A stretch of 64,000 nt of DNA from Candidatus Latescibacterota bacterium. Its GTDB lineage: Bacteria > Latescibacterota > UBA2968 > UBA8231. Below, piece after piece: positions 40,259 to 50,239 of the stretch; the stretch's first letter is position 1, and each line of letters starts with the position of its first letter. Made by a program: the position numbers and the translations under genes. Location of the stretch: assembly GCA_965221775.1 (NCBI GenBank), contig CBDCSU010000006.1, positions 1,152,001 through 1,216,000 on the forward strand, in the 5' to 3' direction. A model generated the notes under the pieces. It was not told the DNA's origin. It worked only from the letters and a program-made list of their open reading frames with translations, and did no database searches.

Positions 40259-41071
40259 TTGGCACGCATCCAGGCCAGGACCGACGCGGTGGTCCTGCGC
40301 ACCCGGCGGCAAGGAGAGACGAACAAGCTCGTCACCCTCTTCACCGAGGACCACGGCAAGGTCAGGGTGATGGCCAACGGCGCCCGGCGGCCGAAGAGCC
40401 GCTTCGCCGGCTGCCTGGAGGTCGGATGGTCGGTGCACATCGCCTGCTCCATGCGCGACGACCGCGACCTGCACACCCTCTCCGAGGCCGAGCTGGTCCG
40501 CTCCCGTCCGGCCCTGGTAGCCGACCTGCGGCGCCTGTCGTACGCCGCCGCCGCCTGCGAGATCGTCGACCGCCTGACGATCGAGCACGAGGCGAGCCGG
40601 CGCCTGTTCCGCTGTCTCACGGGGGTCCTCGGCGGTCTCGAGGAGGTGGAGGAACCGCAGCTCGAGTCGCTGTTCTGGTATTACCAGCTGCGCGTTGCCG
40701 AGGCCCTCGGATACCGGCCGGAGCTGGGGGTCTGCGTCGTCTGCGGCTCAGCGCCCGGGGGCGGGCCCGGCTGGTTCAGCCCCGCCCTCGGCGGCGGCCT
40801 GTGCCGTGACTGCGGACGGTCCGGCGCCGGCGGCGACCGTGCGGGGTCCGGCGACTTCGGCGGCGCCCGCCGGGTCGCCGGCGACAGCATGCGGCTGCTG
40901 GCGCAGCTGCAGGGGCTGCGCGCCTACACGCGCGAGGCGATCCCGCCGGCGCCCGCGGCTCTCACCGGCGAGATCCGCGGTCTGCTGCGCAGCTTTCTCG
41001 AGTACCACGCGGGGACGAGGGGCCGCCTGCGGTCCCTGGAGTTCCTCGACAGACTGAAGGGAAGGGGTTGA
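40259..41071 (+). CDS. recO: DNA repair protein RecO
   Basis: AVVLR...GETNKLVTLFTEDHGKV..MANGARRPKSR; CxxC/CxxC Zn finger; LRSLEFL. Confidence 0.93.
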   Translation: MARIQARTDAVVLRTRRQGETNKLVTLFTEDHGKVRVMANGARRPKSRFAGCLEVGWSVHIACSMRDDRDLHTLSEAELVRSRPALVADLRRLSYAAAACEIVDRLTIEHEASRRLFRCLTGVLGGLEEVEEPQLESLFWYYQLRVAEALGYRPELGVCVVCGSAPGGGPGWFSPALGGGLCRDCGRSGAGGDRAGSGDFGGARRVAGDSMRLLAQLQGLRAYTREAIPPAPAALTGEIRGLLRSFLEYHAGTRGRLRSLEFLDRLKGRG

Positions 41072-42456
41072 TGTCAGATGCCGATGTGATGGAGAAGCTC
41101 GTCTCCTTGTGCAAGCGCAAGGGATTCATCTTCCAGAGCTCCGAGATCTACGGCGGCCTCAACGGCTGCTGGGACTACGGACCCCTCGGCGTCGAGCTGC
41201 TGCGCAACGTCAAGGAGTCCTGGTGGCGGTCCATGACCTACCGCGAGGACGTGGAGGGGATCGACGCGGCGATCCTGATGCACCCGCGCACCTGGGAGGC
41301 CTCGGGCCACGTGGAGGGCTTCACCGACCCCATGGTGGAGGACCGCAAGACCAACGAGAGGTTCCGCCTCGACCATCTCCTGGAGGAGGCGGGCGTCGAC
41401 TGCACGGGCCTGGGCCTGGAGGAGATGACGGCGAAGATGGCCGAGGTGGGCCTCAGGAGCCCCCGGGGCAACGAGCTGGGCGAGGCCCGTCACTTCAACC
41501 TGATGTTCAAGACCCACGTGGGCCCCGTGGAGGACTCGGCGAGCGTCGTCTACCTGAGGCCGGAGACGGCCCAGGGCATCTTCGTCAACTTCCTCAACGT
41601 GCAGCAGGCGATGCGCCAGAAGCTGCCCTTCGGCATCGCCCAGATCGGCAAGGCCTTCCGCAACGAGATCAACACCCGGAACTTCCTCTTCCGCACGCGC
41701 GAGTTCGAGCAGATGGAGATGCAGTACTTCGTCGCTCCGGGCGAGGAGGGGCGCTGGCTCGACTACTGGCGGGAGGAGCGCTGGACCTGGATCACCGAGG
41801 GTCTGGGGATCCCGGAGAGCCGGCTGCGCTGGCGCGAGCACGGCGGCGGCGAGTTGGCCCACTACGCCCGCGCCGCCTTCGACATCCAGTTCGAGTTCCC
41901 CTTCGGGTGGGACGAGATGGAGGGCATCCACCACCGCGGGCAGTACGACCTCGGCCGCCACGAGGAGTACTCGGGCAAGCAGCTGAAGTTCTTCGACGAC
42001 CAGTCGCGGCAGAAGGTCCTGCCCGCCGTCATCGAGACCTCGGCCGGGGCCAGCCGCCAGACGATGATGGTCCTCACCAACGCCTACGCCGAGGAGGAGG
42101 TGAAGGGCGACCGGCGCACGGTGATGCGCCTGCACCCGCGCATCGCGCCCCTTAAGGCGGCGATCCTGCCCCTGGTCAAGCGCGACGGCATGCCCGAGAT
42201 CGCCCGCCGCATCGAGGCGGAGCTGCGGCCCCACCTGCGCGTGGCCTACGACGAGGGCGGCGCCATCGGCCGCCGTTACCGGCGCATGGACGAGGTGGGC
42301 ACCCCGTTCTGCATCACTGTCGACTCCGACACCCTTCAGGACGGCACGGTCACTCTCCGGGAGCGCGACTCCATGGAGCAGGACCGCGTTGCCGGCTCCG
42401 GCCTGCTGGCCGAGATCAGCCGCCGCATGGACCTGTGGAAGCACCCGGAATCTTGA
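41071..42456 (+). CDS. glyQS: Glycine--tRNA ligase (alpha2, eukaryote-like type)
   Basis: SSEIYGG, DYGPLG, FNLMFKT, LRPETAQGIF, FRNEI, FRTREFEQMEMQYF, IGRRYRRMDEVGTP. Confidence 0.97.
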   Translation: MSDADVMEKLVSLCKRKGFIFQSSEIYGGLNGCWDYGPLGVELLRNVKESWWRSMTYREDVEGIDAAILMHPRTWEASGHVEGFTDPMVEDRKTNERFRLDHLLEEAGVDCTGLGLEEMTAKMAEVGLRSPRGNELGEARHFNLMFKTHVGPVEDSASVVYLRPETAQGIFVNFLNVQQAMRQKLPFGIAQIGKAFRNEINTRNFLFRTREFEQMEMQYFVAPGEEGRWLDYWREERWTWITEGLGIPESRLRWREHGGGELAHYARAAFDIQFEFPFGWDEMEGIHHRGQYDLGRHEEYSGKQLKFFDDQSRQKVLPAVIETSAGASRQTMMVLTNAYAEEEVKGDRRTVMRLHPRIAPLKAAILPLVKRDGMPEIARRIEAELRPHLRVAYDEGGAIGRRYRRMDEVGTPFCITVDSDTLQDGTVTLRERDSMEQDRVAGSGLLAEISRRMDLWKHPES

Positions 42457-42481
42457 TCCTGCTCAGGCGATCGGGTATATT
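42453..42481 (+). promoter_or_regulatory. Sigma70-type promoter for the tRNA-tig-clpPX unit
   Basis: TTGATC (42453-42458), 17-bp spacer, TATATT (42476-42481). Confidence 0.7.
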
Positions 42482-42497
42482 CGCCCGGCTGTGGAGC

Positions 42498-42537
42498 GAA
42501 GCACCGGGCGGCGTGCGGACCCGGTGCTTCCTTTGTT
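42498..42537 (+). terminator. Terminator-like hairpin between glyQS and tRNA-Leu
   Basis: GAAGCACCGGG / CCCGGTGCTTC 11-bp stem followed by CTTTGTT. Confidence 0.55.
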
Positions 42538-42554
42538 GCACGGAGCGCGGTTTT

Positions 42555-42638
42555 GCGAAAGTGGCGGAATTGGCATACGCGCCAGATTTAGGATCTGGTG
42601 CCCTTCGGGGCTTGGGGGTTCGAGTCCCCCCTTTCGCA
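42555..42638 (+). tRNA. tRNA-Leu(TAG), CCA not encoded
   Basis: Acceptor stem GCGAAAG/CTTTCGC+A; D-loop GGAATTGGCATAC; anticodon arm CCAGA-TTTAGGA-TCTGG; long variable arm; GGTTCGAGTCC T-arm. Confidence 0.95.
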
Positions 42639-42643
42639 CGGAA

Positions 42644-43951
42644 ATGACGACCTTGGAAACGACCGTAAGAGAGACCGGCCGCTGGGCGCGCGACCTCGAT
42701 GTCGAGGTGCCGCCCGAGCGCATCGACCGGGAGATGCAGAGCGCCCTGCGGGGCTACCAGAAGCGCCTGGAGATCCCCGGCTTCCGCAAGGGCAAGGTTC
42801 CCCTCCGGCTCATCCAGCAGCGCTACGGCCCTTCGATCCGCAGCGGCGTCATCGAGGACCTGCTCCCCGAGATCATGCGCGAGGCGGCGCAGCAGACGGG
42901 CCTGAGGCCGGCGGGCACCCCGCGCATCACCCGCCTCGACGAGAGCGAGGGCGGCGGCCTGAGCTTCACCGCCAGCATCGACATCTGGCCCGAGGTCGAG
43001 GTGCAGGGCCACGAGGGCCTGAAGGCGACGCGCCTCACCCACGGGGTCTCCGACGACGAGGTGGAGGAGCAGCTCCAGCAGCTGCAGCGGCAGCATGCGT
43101 CGGAGCGCTCCGTCGAGCGCGGCCTGGCCCGCGGCGACGTGCTCATCGCCGACCTGCAGCGCCTCGACGAGGGCGGCGTGCCGATCATCGGCGACCGCTA
43201 CGAGGAGCGCTACTTCCTCATCGGCGACGACAACGCGCCGAGCCCCGAGTTCGAGGAGGCCCTGATCGGCATCGAGGCGGGGGCCGAGCGCAAGGTCCGG
43301 TTCCAGTACCGCGAGGACCTGCCCAACGAGGACCTCGCCGGCACGCGGGCCCACTTCGCCGTCAGCGCCCGCGAGATCCGCGAGCGCACCCTCCCCGACC
43401 TCGACGACGAGTTCGCCAGGGAGGTGGGCGACCGCTTCGAGGGCCTGGAGCAACTCAGGGACCACCTGCGCTCCCAGCTGGACGAACGCTGGAACTACCT
43501 GGCCCGGCAGAAGCTGCGCAGCGACCTCCTCGAGGGCCTCCACCGGGCCAACGAGGTGGAGCTCTCCGATTCGCTGGTGGACAACTACCTGGAGTCGATG
43601 CGCCGCGAGCGCGAGCGCCAGGAGCGCGACCACGACCGCCACGGCCACACCCATGATCACGGCCACGATCACGACCATGAGCACGAGGAGCCGACGGCGG
43701 AGGAGCGGGAGGACGCGGTCAAGCGCCTGAAGACCTTCCTGATCATGGAGGGCCTGCGCAAGAAGGTCTCCGTCGAGGTCACGGACGAGGAGTTCGAGGG
43801 CTACCTGGCCGACCGGTCGCGGCAGCTCGGCATGCAGCTCGACAAGCTGAAGCGTTCCCCCAGGGCCGCCGACCTGCGCCGCGACCTGGAGGAGGACAAG
43901 ATCTTCGCGTATCTCGAAGAGCACGCCATCGTCGAAGAGAGGGCGGTCTGA
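42644..43951 (+). CDS. tig: Trigger factor
   Basis: [10 protein letters not shown] ribosome-binding signature, FKBP-like domain, LPDLDDEFA; upstream of clpP. Confidence 0.95.
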   Translation: MTTLETTVRETGRWARDLDVEVPPERIDREMQSALRGYQKRLEIPGFRKGKVPLRLIQQRYGPSIRSGVIEDLLPEIMREAAQQTGLRPAGTPRITRLDESEGGGLSFTASIDIWPEVEVQGHEGLKATRLTHGVSDDEVEEQLQQLQRQHASERSVERGLARGDVLIADLQRLDEGGVPIIGDRYEERYFLIGDDNAPSPEFEEALIGIEAGAERKVRFQYREDLPNEDLAGTRAHFAVSAREIRERTLPDLDDEFAREVGDRFEGLEQLRDHLRSQLDERWNYLARQKLRSDLLEGLHRANEVELSDSLVDNYLESMRRERERQERDHDRHGHTHDHGHDHDHEHEEPTAEEREDAVKRLKTFLIMEGLRKKVSVEVTDEEFEGYLADRSRQLGMQLDKLKRSPRAADLRRDLEEDKIFAYLEEHAIVEERAV

Positions 43952-43953
43952 AC

Positions 43954-44571
43954 ATGTCGCTGATACCGATGGTCATCGAGCAGACCGGACGGGGCGAACG
44001 CTCCTACGACATCTACTCGCGGCTGCTCAAGGAGCGCATCGTCTTCATCGGCACGCCGGTGGGCGACAGCATCGCCAATCTCGTCATCGCCCAGATGCTG
44101 TTCCTCGCTTCGGAGGACCCGAAGAAGGACATCTCCCTCTACATCAACACCCCGGGCGGTTCGGTGACGGCGGGCATGGCGATCTACGACACCATGCAGT
44201 ACATCCAGCCCGACGTGGCCACCATCTGCATCGGCCAGGCCTCGAGCATGGGCGCCGTGCTCCTCGCCGGCGGGGCCCGCGGCAAGCGCCAGTGCCTGCC
44301 CAACGCCCGGGTGCTGCTGCATCAGCCCATGGGCGGCATCGGCGGGCAGGCCGCCGACGTGGAGATCCACGCCCGCGAGATCATCCAGATCCGCCGGCAG
44401 ATCAACGACATCCTCGCCGAGCGCACGGGGCGCGATCTCGAGCGCATCCAGGCCGACACGGAGCGGGACTTCTTCCTCAACGCCGAGGAGGCCCGCGAGT
44501 ACGGCATCATCGACGAGATCATCACCCCCTCCAGCCTGGCCCTGGCGCAGCCGGCGGAGGCGGCGGGCTAG
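43954..44571 (+). CDS. clpP: ATP-dependent Clp protease proteolytic subunit
   Basis: [37 protein letters not shown]. Confidence 0.98.
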   Translation: MSLIPMVIEQTGRGERSYDIYSRLLKERIVFIGTPVGDSIANLVIAQMLFLASEDPKKDISLYINTPGGSVTAGMAIYDTMQYIQPDVATICIGQASSMGAVLLAGGARGKRQCLPNARVLLHQPMGGIGGQAADVEIHAREIIQIRRQINDILAERTGRDLERIQADTERDFFLNAEEAREYGIIDEIITPSSLALAQPAEAAG

Positions 44572-44579
44572 CTCCTCCC

Positions 44580-45830
44580 GTGCGCCGCCGCAGCACCTCC
44601 AAGGCCGAGCCGCGCTGCTCCTTCTGCACCCGCGGGGCCAGCCAGGTGGACCGCATCATCACCGGGCCGTCGGTGCACATCTGCAACGAGTGCGTCAAGC
44701 TCTGCAACGACGTCCTCGCCGAGGACAAGAAGCAGGCCGTGCCATGGGATTCGGGCACCCTTCCCAAACCGATCGACATCAAGGCCTACCTCGACGAGTA
44801 CGTCATCGGCCAGGAGGAGGCGAAGAAGATCCTCTCCGTGGCCGTGTACAACCATTACAAGCGCATCCGCACCAACGTCGCCCTCGACGGCGTCGAGCTC
44901 GAGAAGAGCAACATCCTCCTCGTGGGGCCCACGGGCACGGGCAAGACCCTGCTCGCCCAGACCCTGGCCAAGGTCCTGCAGGTGCCCTTCTGCATGGCCG
45001 ACGCCACCATCCTCACCGAGGCGGGGTACGTGGGCGAGGACGTGGAGAACATCCTGGTGGGCCTGCTGCAGGCGGCCGACTACGATGTGGCCCGCGCCGA
45101 GAAGGGCATCATCTACCTCGACGAGATCGACAAGGTGGCGCGCAAGTCGGCGGCGCCGGCGGTGAGCCGCGACGTCTCGGGCGAGGGCGTGCAGCAGGCG
45201 CTGCTGAAGATCCTCGAGGGCACGGTGGCCAACATCCCGCCCAAGGGCGGCCGCAAGCACCCCGAGCAGCCGATGATCCAGATCAACACGCAGAACGTGC
45301 TGTTCATCTGCGGCGGCGCCTTCGAGGGCCTGGTGAAGGTGATCTCCTCCCGCGTGGGCCGGCGCACCATGGGTTTCGGGGCGGCCTCGGAAGAGGCCGA
45401 CGCCGAGAGCCCCGCCCAGGTCCTGTCCGAGGTGCAGCCCGAGGACCTGCTGCAGTTCGGCCTGATCCCCGAGTTCGTCGGCCGCATTCCGGTGGTGACC
45501 ACCCTCGACGCCCTCTCCGAGGAAGACCTCTTCCGCATCCTCACGGAGCCGAAGAACGCCATCGTCCGGCAGGTGAGCCGCCTCTTCGAGATGGACGGCG
45601 TCAACCTGCGGTTCACCGACGACGCCCTGCGCCGGGTGGTGGAGCTCACCGTCAGCAAGGGCACCGGCGCCCGCGGCCTGCGCTCCGTCCTGGAGCAGGC
45701 CCTGATGGACGTGTTCTACGACACCCCGTCCCACGAGGAGGTGACGGAGCTGGTCGTCACCGACGAGATGATCGACCTCGGGTTCGCCTCCGACGACGAC
45801 GGCGACGAGCTCCTTCGCAAGTCCGCCTGA
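44580..45830 (+). CDS. clpX: ATP-dependent Clp protease ATP-binding subunit
   Basis: CSFC...ICNECV Zn finger, [39 protein letters not shown]. Confidence 0.98.
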   Translation: MRRRSTSKAEPRCSFCTRGASQVDRIITGPSVHICNECVKLCNDVLAEDKKQAVPWDSGTLPKPIDIKAYLDEYVIGQEEAKKILSVAVYNHYKRIRTNVALDGVELEKSNILLVGPTGTGKTLLAQTLAKVLQVPFCMADATILTEAGYVGEDVENILVGLLQAADYDVARAEKGIIYLDEIDKVARKSAAPAVSRDVSGEGVQQALLKILEGTVANIPPKGGRKHPEQPMIQINTQNVLFICGGAFEGLVKVISSRVGRRTMGFGAASEEADAESPAQVLSEVQPEDLLQFGLIPEFVGRIPVVTTLDALSEEDLFRILTEPKNAIVRQVSRLFEMDGVNLRFTDDALRRVVELTVSKGTGARGLRSVLEQALMDVFYDTPSHEEVTELVVTDEMIDLGFASDDDGDELLRKSA

Positions 45831-45844
45831 AGGCCTGCGGCGTC

Positions 45845-46447
45845 GTGCGGATCCACTCTGCGGAATTCGTCGTGGGCGCCGTGGGCGACAAGGGCTCGCC
45901 CACCGACGGCCTGCCCGAGGTCGCCTTCGCCGGGCGCTCCAACGTCGGCAAGTCCAGCCTGATCAACCGCCTCGTGCAGCGCCGCAATCTCGCCTTCACC
46001 AGCTCCACCCCCGGGCGCACGCAGCAGCTCAACTACTACCGGGTCGACGACCGGCTCTACCTCGTCGACCTGCCCGGCTACGGGTACGTGCGAGGCGGCG
46101 TCGACCTGCGGCGCAACCTGGGGCGGCTCGTCGAGACCTACCTGGCCCACCGCGAGGCCCTGCAGGCGGTGGTCCTGCTCATCGACGCCCGCCACGGCCC
46201 CACGGAGCTGGACCTGCAGATGGTGGACACCCTGAAGAGCAGCGGACGCCCCTTCCTGCTCGTGCTCACCAAGGCCGACAAGCTCTCCCGCGGCAAGCTC
46301 GACCGGCAGGTCTCCCGCCTCGAGGAGGAGGGCCACCTCGCCGACCTGCCCTACCTGCCCTTCTCCTCCGAGACCGGCCTCGGCCGCGGCGACCTGCTGC
46401 AGTGGGTCGGGGAGGTGACGGCGGTGGAGGCCGCACCGGCCCCATGA
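45845..46447 (+). CDS. engB: Ribosome biogenesis GTPase YihA/YsxC
   Basis: GRSNVGKSS, TPGRT, DLPGYG, TKADK. Confidence 0.95.
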   Translation: MRIHSAEFVVGAVGDKGSPTDGLPEVAFAGRSNVGKSSLINRLVQRRNLAFTSSTPGRTQQLNYYRVDDRLYLVDLPGYGYVRGGVDLRRNLGRLVETYLAHREALQAVVLLIDARHGPTELDLQMVDTLKSSGRPFLLVLTKADKLSRGKLDRQVSRLEEEGHLADLPYLPFSSETGLGRGDLLQWVGEVTAVEAAPAP

Positions 46448-48051
46448 GAGTCCTGATCAGCGACCGCGTCGATCCCGGCTGCGTCGACGTGCTGCAGGCC
46501 GGCGGCCGCATCGAGGCCGACATGAGCACCGGCCTGACGCCCGCCGAGCTGCTGGAGCGCATCGACGCCTACGACGGGCTCATCGTGCGCAGCGCCACCC
46601 GCGTCACCGGCGAGGTCATCCGCCGGGCGCGGCGCATGCGCGCCATCGGCCGGGCCGGCGCCGGGGTCGACAACATCGACGTGGACGAGGCCACCCGCCG
46701 CGGCATCGTGGTGATGAACACCCCCGGGGGCAACTCGGTGAGCACGGCGGAGCACACGGTGGCCATGATCCTCTCCCTGGCGCGCAACGTCCCCCAGGGG
46801 ACGGCCTCGATGAAGGCCGGCCGCTGGGAGCCCGGCACCCTCACCGGGGTCGAGCTGGCCGGCAAGACGATCGGCGTCTTCGGCCTCGGCCAGGTGGGGC
46901 GCGAGGTCGCCCAGCGGGCCGCCGCCTTCGGCCTCCGCGTCCTCGCCTGCGACCCCCCGGTGACGGAGGAAGTGGCCCAGTCGTACGGCGCCCAGCTCGC
47001 TCCCGAGGAGCAGATCTGGGAGGAGGCCGACTTCCTGACCTTCCACGTGCCCCTGACGGCGCAGACCCGGCACCGCCTGTCGGAGGGGGAACTGGCCCGC
47101 TGCCGCGACGGCGTGCGCGTCGTCAACTGCGCCCGCGGCGGCATCGTCGACGAAGAGGCCCTGCTCCAGGCCCTCGACTCCGGCAAGGTGGCCGGCGCCG
47201 CCCTCGACGTGTACGAGAGCGAGCCGCCGGAGGCGGGGTCGCGGCTGGTGGCCCACGAGCGGGTGATCTGCACCCCCCACCTGGCGGCGGCGACGCGGGA
47301 GGCCCAGAGCAGCGTCGCCCTGCAGGTGGCGGCCCAGGTGCGCGAGGTGCTGGTGGGCGGGGCGATCCACAACGCCGTCAACGTGCCCAGCGTCGATCCC
47401 GAGGCCTACGAGAAGCTGCGCCCCCACCTGGAACTGGGCGAGCGCCTCGGCCGCATCCACGGCCAGCTGGCCAAGGAGGACCGGCTGCGGCGCATCACCG
47501 TGGAGTACCACGGCGAGATCGCCACCGGGGCCACCTCGTCCCTGACCTCGGCGGTGGTGCTGGGGCTGATGGAGAGCTTCGCCGAAGAGGGGACGGTGAA
47601 CCTCGTCAACGCCCGCATGACCGCCCAGGAGCGCGGCGTCCGCATCGAGGAGCTGACGAGCAGCGACGCCGAGGACTACGCCAGCCTGCTGACGGTGGCC
47701 CTCGAGTTCGACGGCGGCGGCCGCCGGGTGCTGTCGGGCACCCTCTTCGGCCACCAGGACCCGCGCATCGTGCGCGTCGACGAGTACGACCTGGACGCGG
47801 TCCCCGAGGGGCATATGCTGTTCTACGTCAACGACGACGTGCCGGGGATCATCGGCCGCATCGGCAGCACCATGGGCCGGCGCCAGATCAACATCGCGCG
47901 CATGGCCTGCGGCCGGCACCACGTGGGCGGCCGGGCCCTGACGGTGCTCAACGTCGACAGCCCGGTGCCCGAAGCCGTGATCGAAGAGATCCTCACCGAC
48001 CCCCACATCACCTGGGCTCGCCTGGTGAGCCTGTGCGGGAGGGAGAGCTGA
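46444..48051 (+). CDS. serA: D-3-phosphoglycerate dehydrogenase (with ASB and ACT domains)
   Basis: VRSAT, RAGAGVDNID, NTPGGN, NCARGG, TPHL, C-terminal ACT domain. Confidence 0.95.
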   Translation: MRVLISDRVDPGCVDVLQAGGRIEADMSTGLTPAELLERIDAYDGLIVRSATRVTGEVIRRARRMRAIGRAGAGVDNIDVDEATRRGIVVMNTPGGNSVSTAEHTVAMILSLARNVPQGTASMKAGRWEPGTLTGVELAGKTIGVFGLGQVGREVAQRAAAFGLRVLACDPPVTEEVAQSYGAQLAPEEQIWEEADFLTFHVPLTAQTRHRLSEGELARCRDGVRVVNCARGGIVDEEALLQALDSGKVAGAALDVYESEPPEAGSRLVAHERVICTPHLAAATREAQSSVALQVAAQVREVLVGGAIHNAVNVPSVDPEAYEKLRPHLELGERLGRIHGQLAKEDRLRRITVEYHGEIATGATSSLTSAVVLGLMESFAEEGTVNLVNARMTAQERGVRIEELTSSDAEDYASLLTVALEFDGGGRRVLSGTLFGHQDPRIVRVDEYDLDAVPEGHMLFYVNDDVPGIIGRIGSTMGRRQINIARMACGRHHVGGRALTVLNVDSPVPEAVIEEILTDPHITWARLVSLCGRES

Positions 48052-48053
48052 AC

Positions 48054-49331
48054 ATGCCAGCAACCGTCGTCCTCGGTGCCCAGTGGGGCGATGAAGGCAA
48101 GGCCAAGATCGTCGACTACCTCGCCGCCGGCGCCGACGTGGTGGTGCGCTTCCAGGGGGGCGCCAACGCCGGCCACACCGTCGAGGTGGGGGGCCAGACC
48201 TGGATCTTCCACATCCTGCCCGTGGGCGTCCTGAACGACCACGCGGTCTGCGTCATCGGCAACGGCGTCGTCCTCGACCCGGAGTCCCTGTTCTCCGAGC
48301 TGGACGAGCTGGCGGGACGGGGCGTCCCCGTGCCTCCCGAGCGCCTGCGCGTCAGCGGCTGCGCCCACGTGGTGCTGCCCTACCACAAGGCCCTCGACCG
48401 CGCCTCCGAGGAGAGCCTCGGCTCCGGCGCCATCGGCACCACGGCCCGCGGCATCGGCCCCGCCTACCGCGACAAGGTCGCCCGCAGCCACGCCCTGCGG
48501 GTGATGGACCTGCTCGACGCCGACCTGCGCGACCGGCTGCGCTCCGCCGTCCGGGCCGCCAACGACATGCTCACCCGCATCTACGAAGCGCCGCCTCTCG
48601 ACGGGGAGGAGGTGGTGCGCCAGACCCTGGGGTTCTCCGAGCGGCTGCGGCCGTACGTGGACGACACCTCCGTCTACCTCAACAACGCCCTCGACGAGGG
48701 GCGCCGGGTGCTCTTCGAGGGCGCCCAGGGCACCCTCCTCGACATCGACCACGGCACCTATCCGTACGTGACCTCCTCCAACACCACCGCCGGCGGCGCC
48801 TGCACCGGCACCGGCGTCGGACCGACCCGCATCGACGAGATCATCGGCGTCACCAAGGCCTACATGACCCGCGTCGGCAACGGCCCCTTCCCGACGGAGC
48901 TTCTCGACGACGAGGGCGAGCGCATCCGCGAGCTGGGCCAGGAGTACGGCGCCACCACGGGCCGCGCCCGCCGCTGCGGCTGGTTCGACGCCACCATCGC
49001 CCGCATGGCGGCGCGGGTCAACGGCCTCACCGGCCTCGCCCTCACCCGGCTGGACATCCTCGACCCGGTGGAGCGCCTCAAGCTGTGCACCGCCTACCGC
49101 CACGGCGACCAGCTCCTGGAGCAGTTCCCCGCCGACCCGCGGATACTCGACAAATGCGAGCCCGTGTACGAGGAGGTCGGCGGCTGGTGCGCGCCCACCA
49201 CCGGCGCCCGGAGCTTCGCCGACCTGCCCGCCGGCGCCCGCGCCTACGTGCGCCGCATCGAGGAGCTGAGCGGCACGCCGGTGAGCCTGATCTCCGTGGG
49301 CCCCGACCGCGACGCCACCATCCGCCTCTGA
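48054..49331 (+). CDS. purA: Adenylosuccinate synthetase
   Basis: GAQWGDEGK, QGGANAGHT, EGAQG, TRVGNGPFPTE, EYGATTGR. Confidence 0.98.
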   Translation: MPATVVLGAQWGDEGKAKIVDYLAAGADVVVRFQGGANAGHTVEVGGQTWIFHILPVGVLNDHAVCVIGNGVVLDPESLFSELDELAGRGVPVPPERLRVSGCAHVVLPYHKALDRASEESLGSGAIGTTARGIGPAYRDKVARSHALRVMDLLDADLRDRLRSAVRAANDMLTRIYEAPPLDGEEVVRQTLGFSERLRPYVDDTSVYLNNALDEGRRVLFEGAQGTLLDIDHGTYPYVTSSNTTAGGACTGTGVGPTRIDEIIGVTKAYMTRVGNGPFPTELLDDEGERIRELGQEYGATTGRARRCGWFDATIARMAARVNGLTGLALTRLDILDPVERLKLCTAYRHGDQLLEQFPADPRILDKCEPVYEEVGGWCAPTTGARSFADLPAGARAYVRRIEELSGTPVSLISVGPDRDATIRL

Positions 49332-49339
49332 AACGCTCG

Positions 49340-50239
49340 ATGCTACTCTCCCATCGCACCCCGCCGGCGGACAAGGCCGCCGCCCTGCGCCGCGCCATCG
49401 CCGCCGGCACGGTGGTGATGCCCGGGTGCTTCAACGCGCCGGTGGCCATGCTCGCCCAGAAGCTCGGCTTCGAGGCGGTCTACATCTCCGGCGCGGGGCT
49501 GATCAACAGCGCCGGGTACCCCGACATCGCCCTCCTCGGCATGGAGCAGGTGGCCGGCGCCGCGGGCACGATCGCCGACGCCGTGGAGGTGCCGGCCCTG
49601 TGCGACGCCGACACCGGCTTCGGGGAGGCCCTGCAGGTGATGCGCACGGTGCGCGCCTTCGAGGCCGCCGGCGTGGCCGGCATCCACCTCGAGGACCAGG
49701 TGATGCCCAAGCGCTGCGGCCACCTCGACGGCAAGGGGCTGGTCCCCGCGCAGGAGATGGAGCGCAAGCTCGCCGCCGCGGTGGAGGCGCGGGCCAACCC
49801 CGACTTCCTGCTGGTGGCGCGCACCGACGCGCGCGCCGTGGAAGGCTTCGAGGCCAGCGTCGAACGCGGCCGCCGCTACCTCGAGGCCGGTGCCGACGCG
49901 GTCTTCATCGAGGCCCTGCAGACCGAGGACGAGTTCGGCCGTTACGCCGAGCGGGTGCAGGGACCGCTGCTGGCCAACATGACCGAGTTCGGCAAGACCC
50001 CCGCCCTCACGGCGCAACAGTTCGCCGACCTCGGCTACGCCATGGTGATCTTCCCCATGACGGCCTTCCGGGTCATGATGAAGGCGGTGGAGGGCGTGCT
50101 CACCGAGATCCGCGACCAGGGCTCGCCGGCGGCCTGGCTCGACCGCATGCAGACGCGCGAGGAGCTGTACGAGCTGCTGCGCTACCCGGAGTACGAGGCC
50201 ATGGACCGGCGCCTGGCCGGCAAGGGCGGCGATGGCTGA
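49340..50239 (+). CDS. prpB: 2-methylisocitrate lyase
   Basis: YISGA, DADTGFG, KRCGH, ARTDA, LANMTEFGKTP, MQTREELY. Confidence 0.93.
   Translation: MLLSHRTPPADKAAALRRAIAAGTVVMPGCFNAPVAMLAQKLGFEAVYISGAGLINSAGYPDIALLGMEQVAGAAGTIADAVEVPALCDADTGFGEALQVMRTVRAFEAAGVAGIHLEDQVMPKRCGHLDGKGLVPAQEMERKLAAAVEARANPDFLLVARTDARAVEGFEASVERGRRYLEAGADAVFIEALQTEDEFGRYAERVQGPLLANMTEFGKTPALTAQQFADLGYAMVIFPMTAFRVMMKAVEGVLTEIRDQGSPAAWLDRMQTREELYELLRYPEYEAMDRRLAGKGGDG

Noticed and set aside
42555-42638. tRNA-Leu as the integration site of the island
   Set aside because: It is flanked by core genes, and I saw no duplicated tRNA 3' end near 54.5 kb.
42389-42643. tig ORF extended through the tRNA
   Set aside because: The extension is the tRNA and its leader read in frame by chance; Tig homology starts at 42644.
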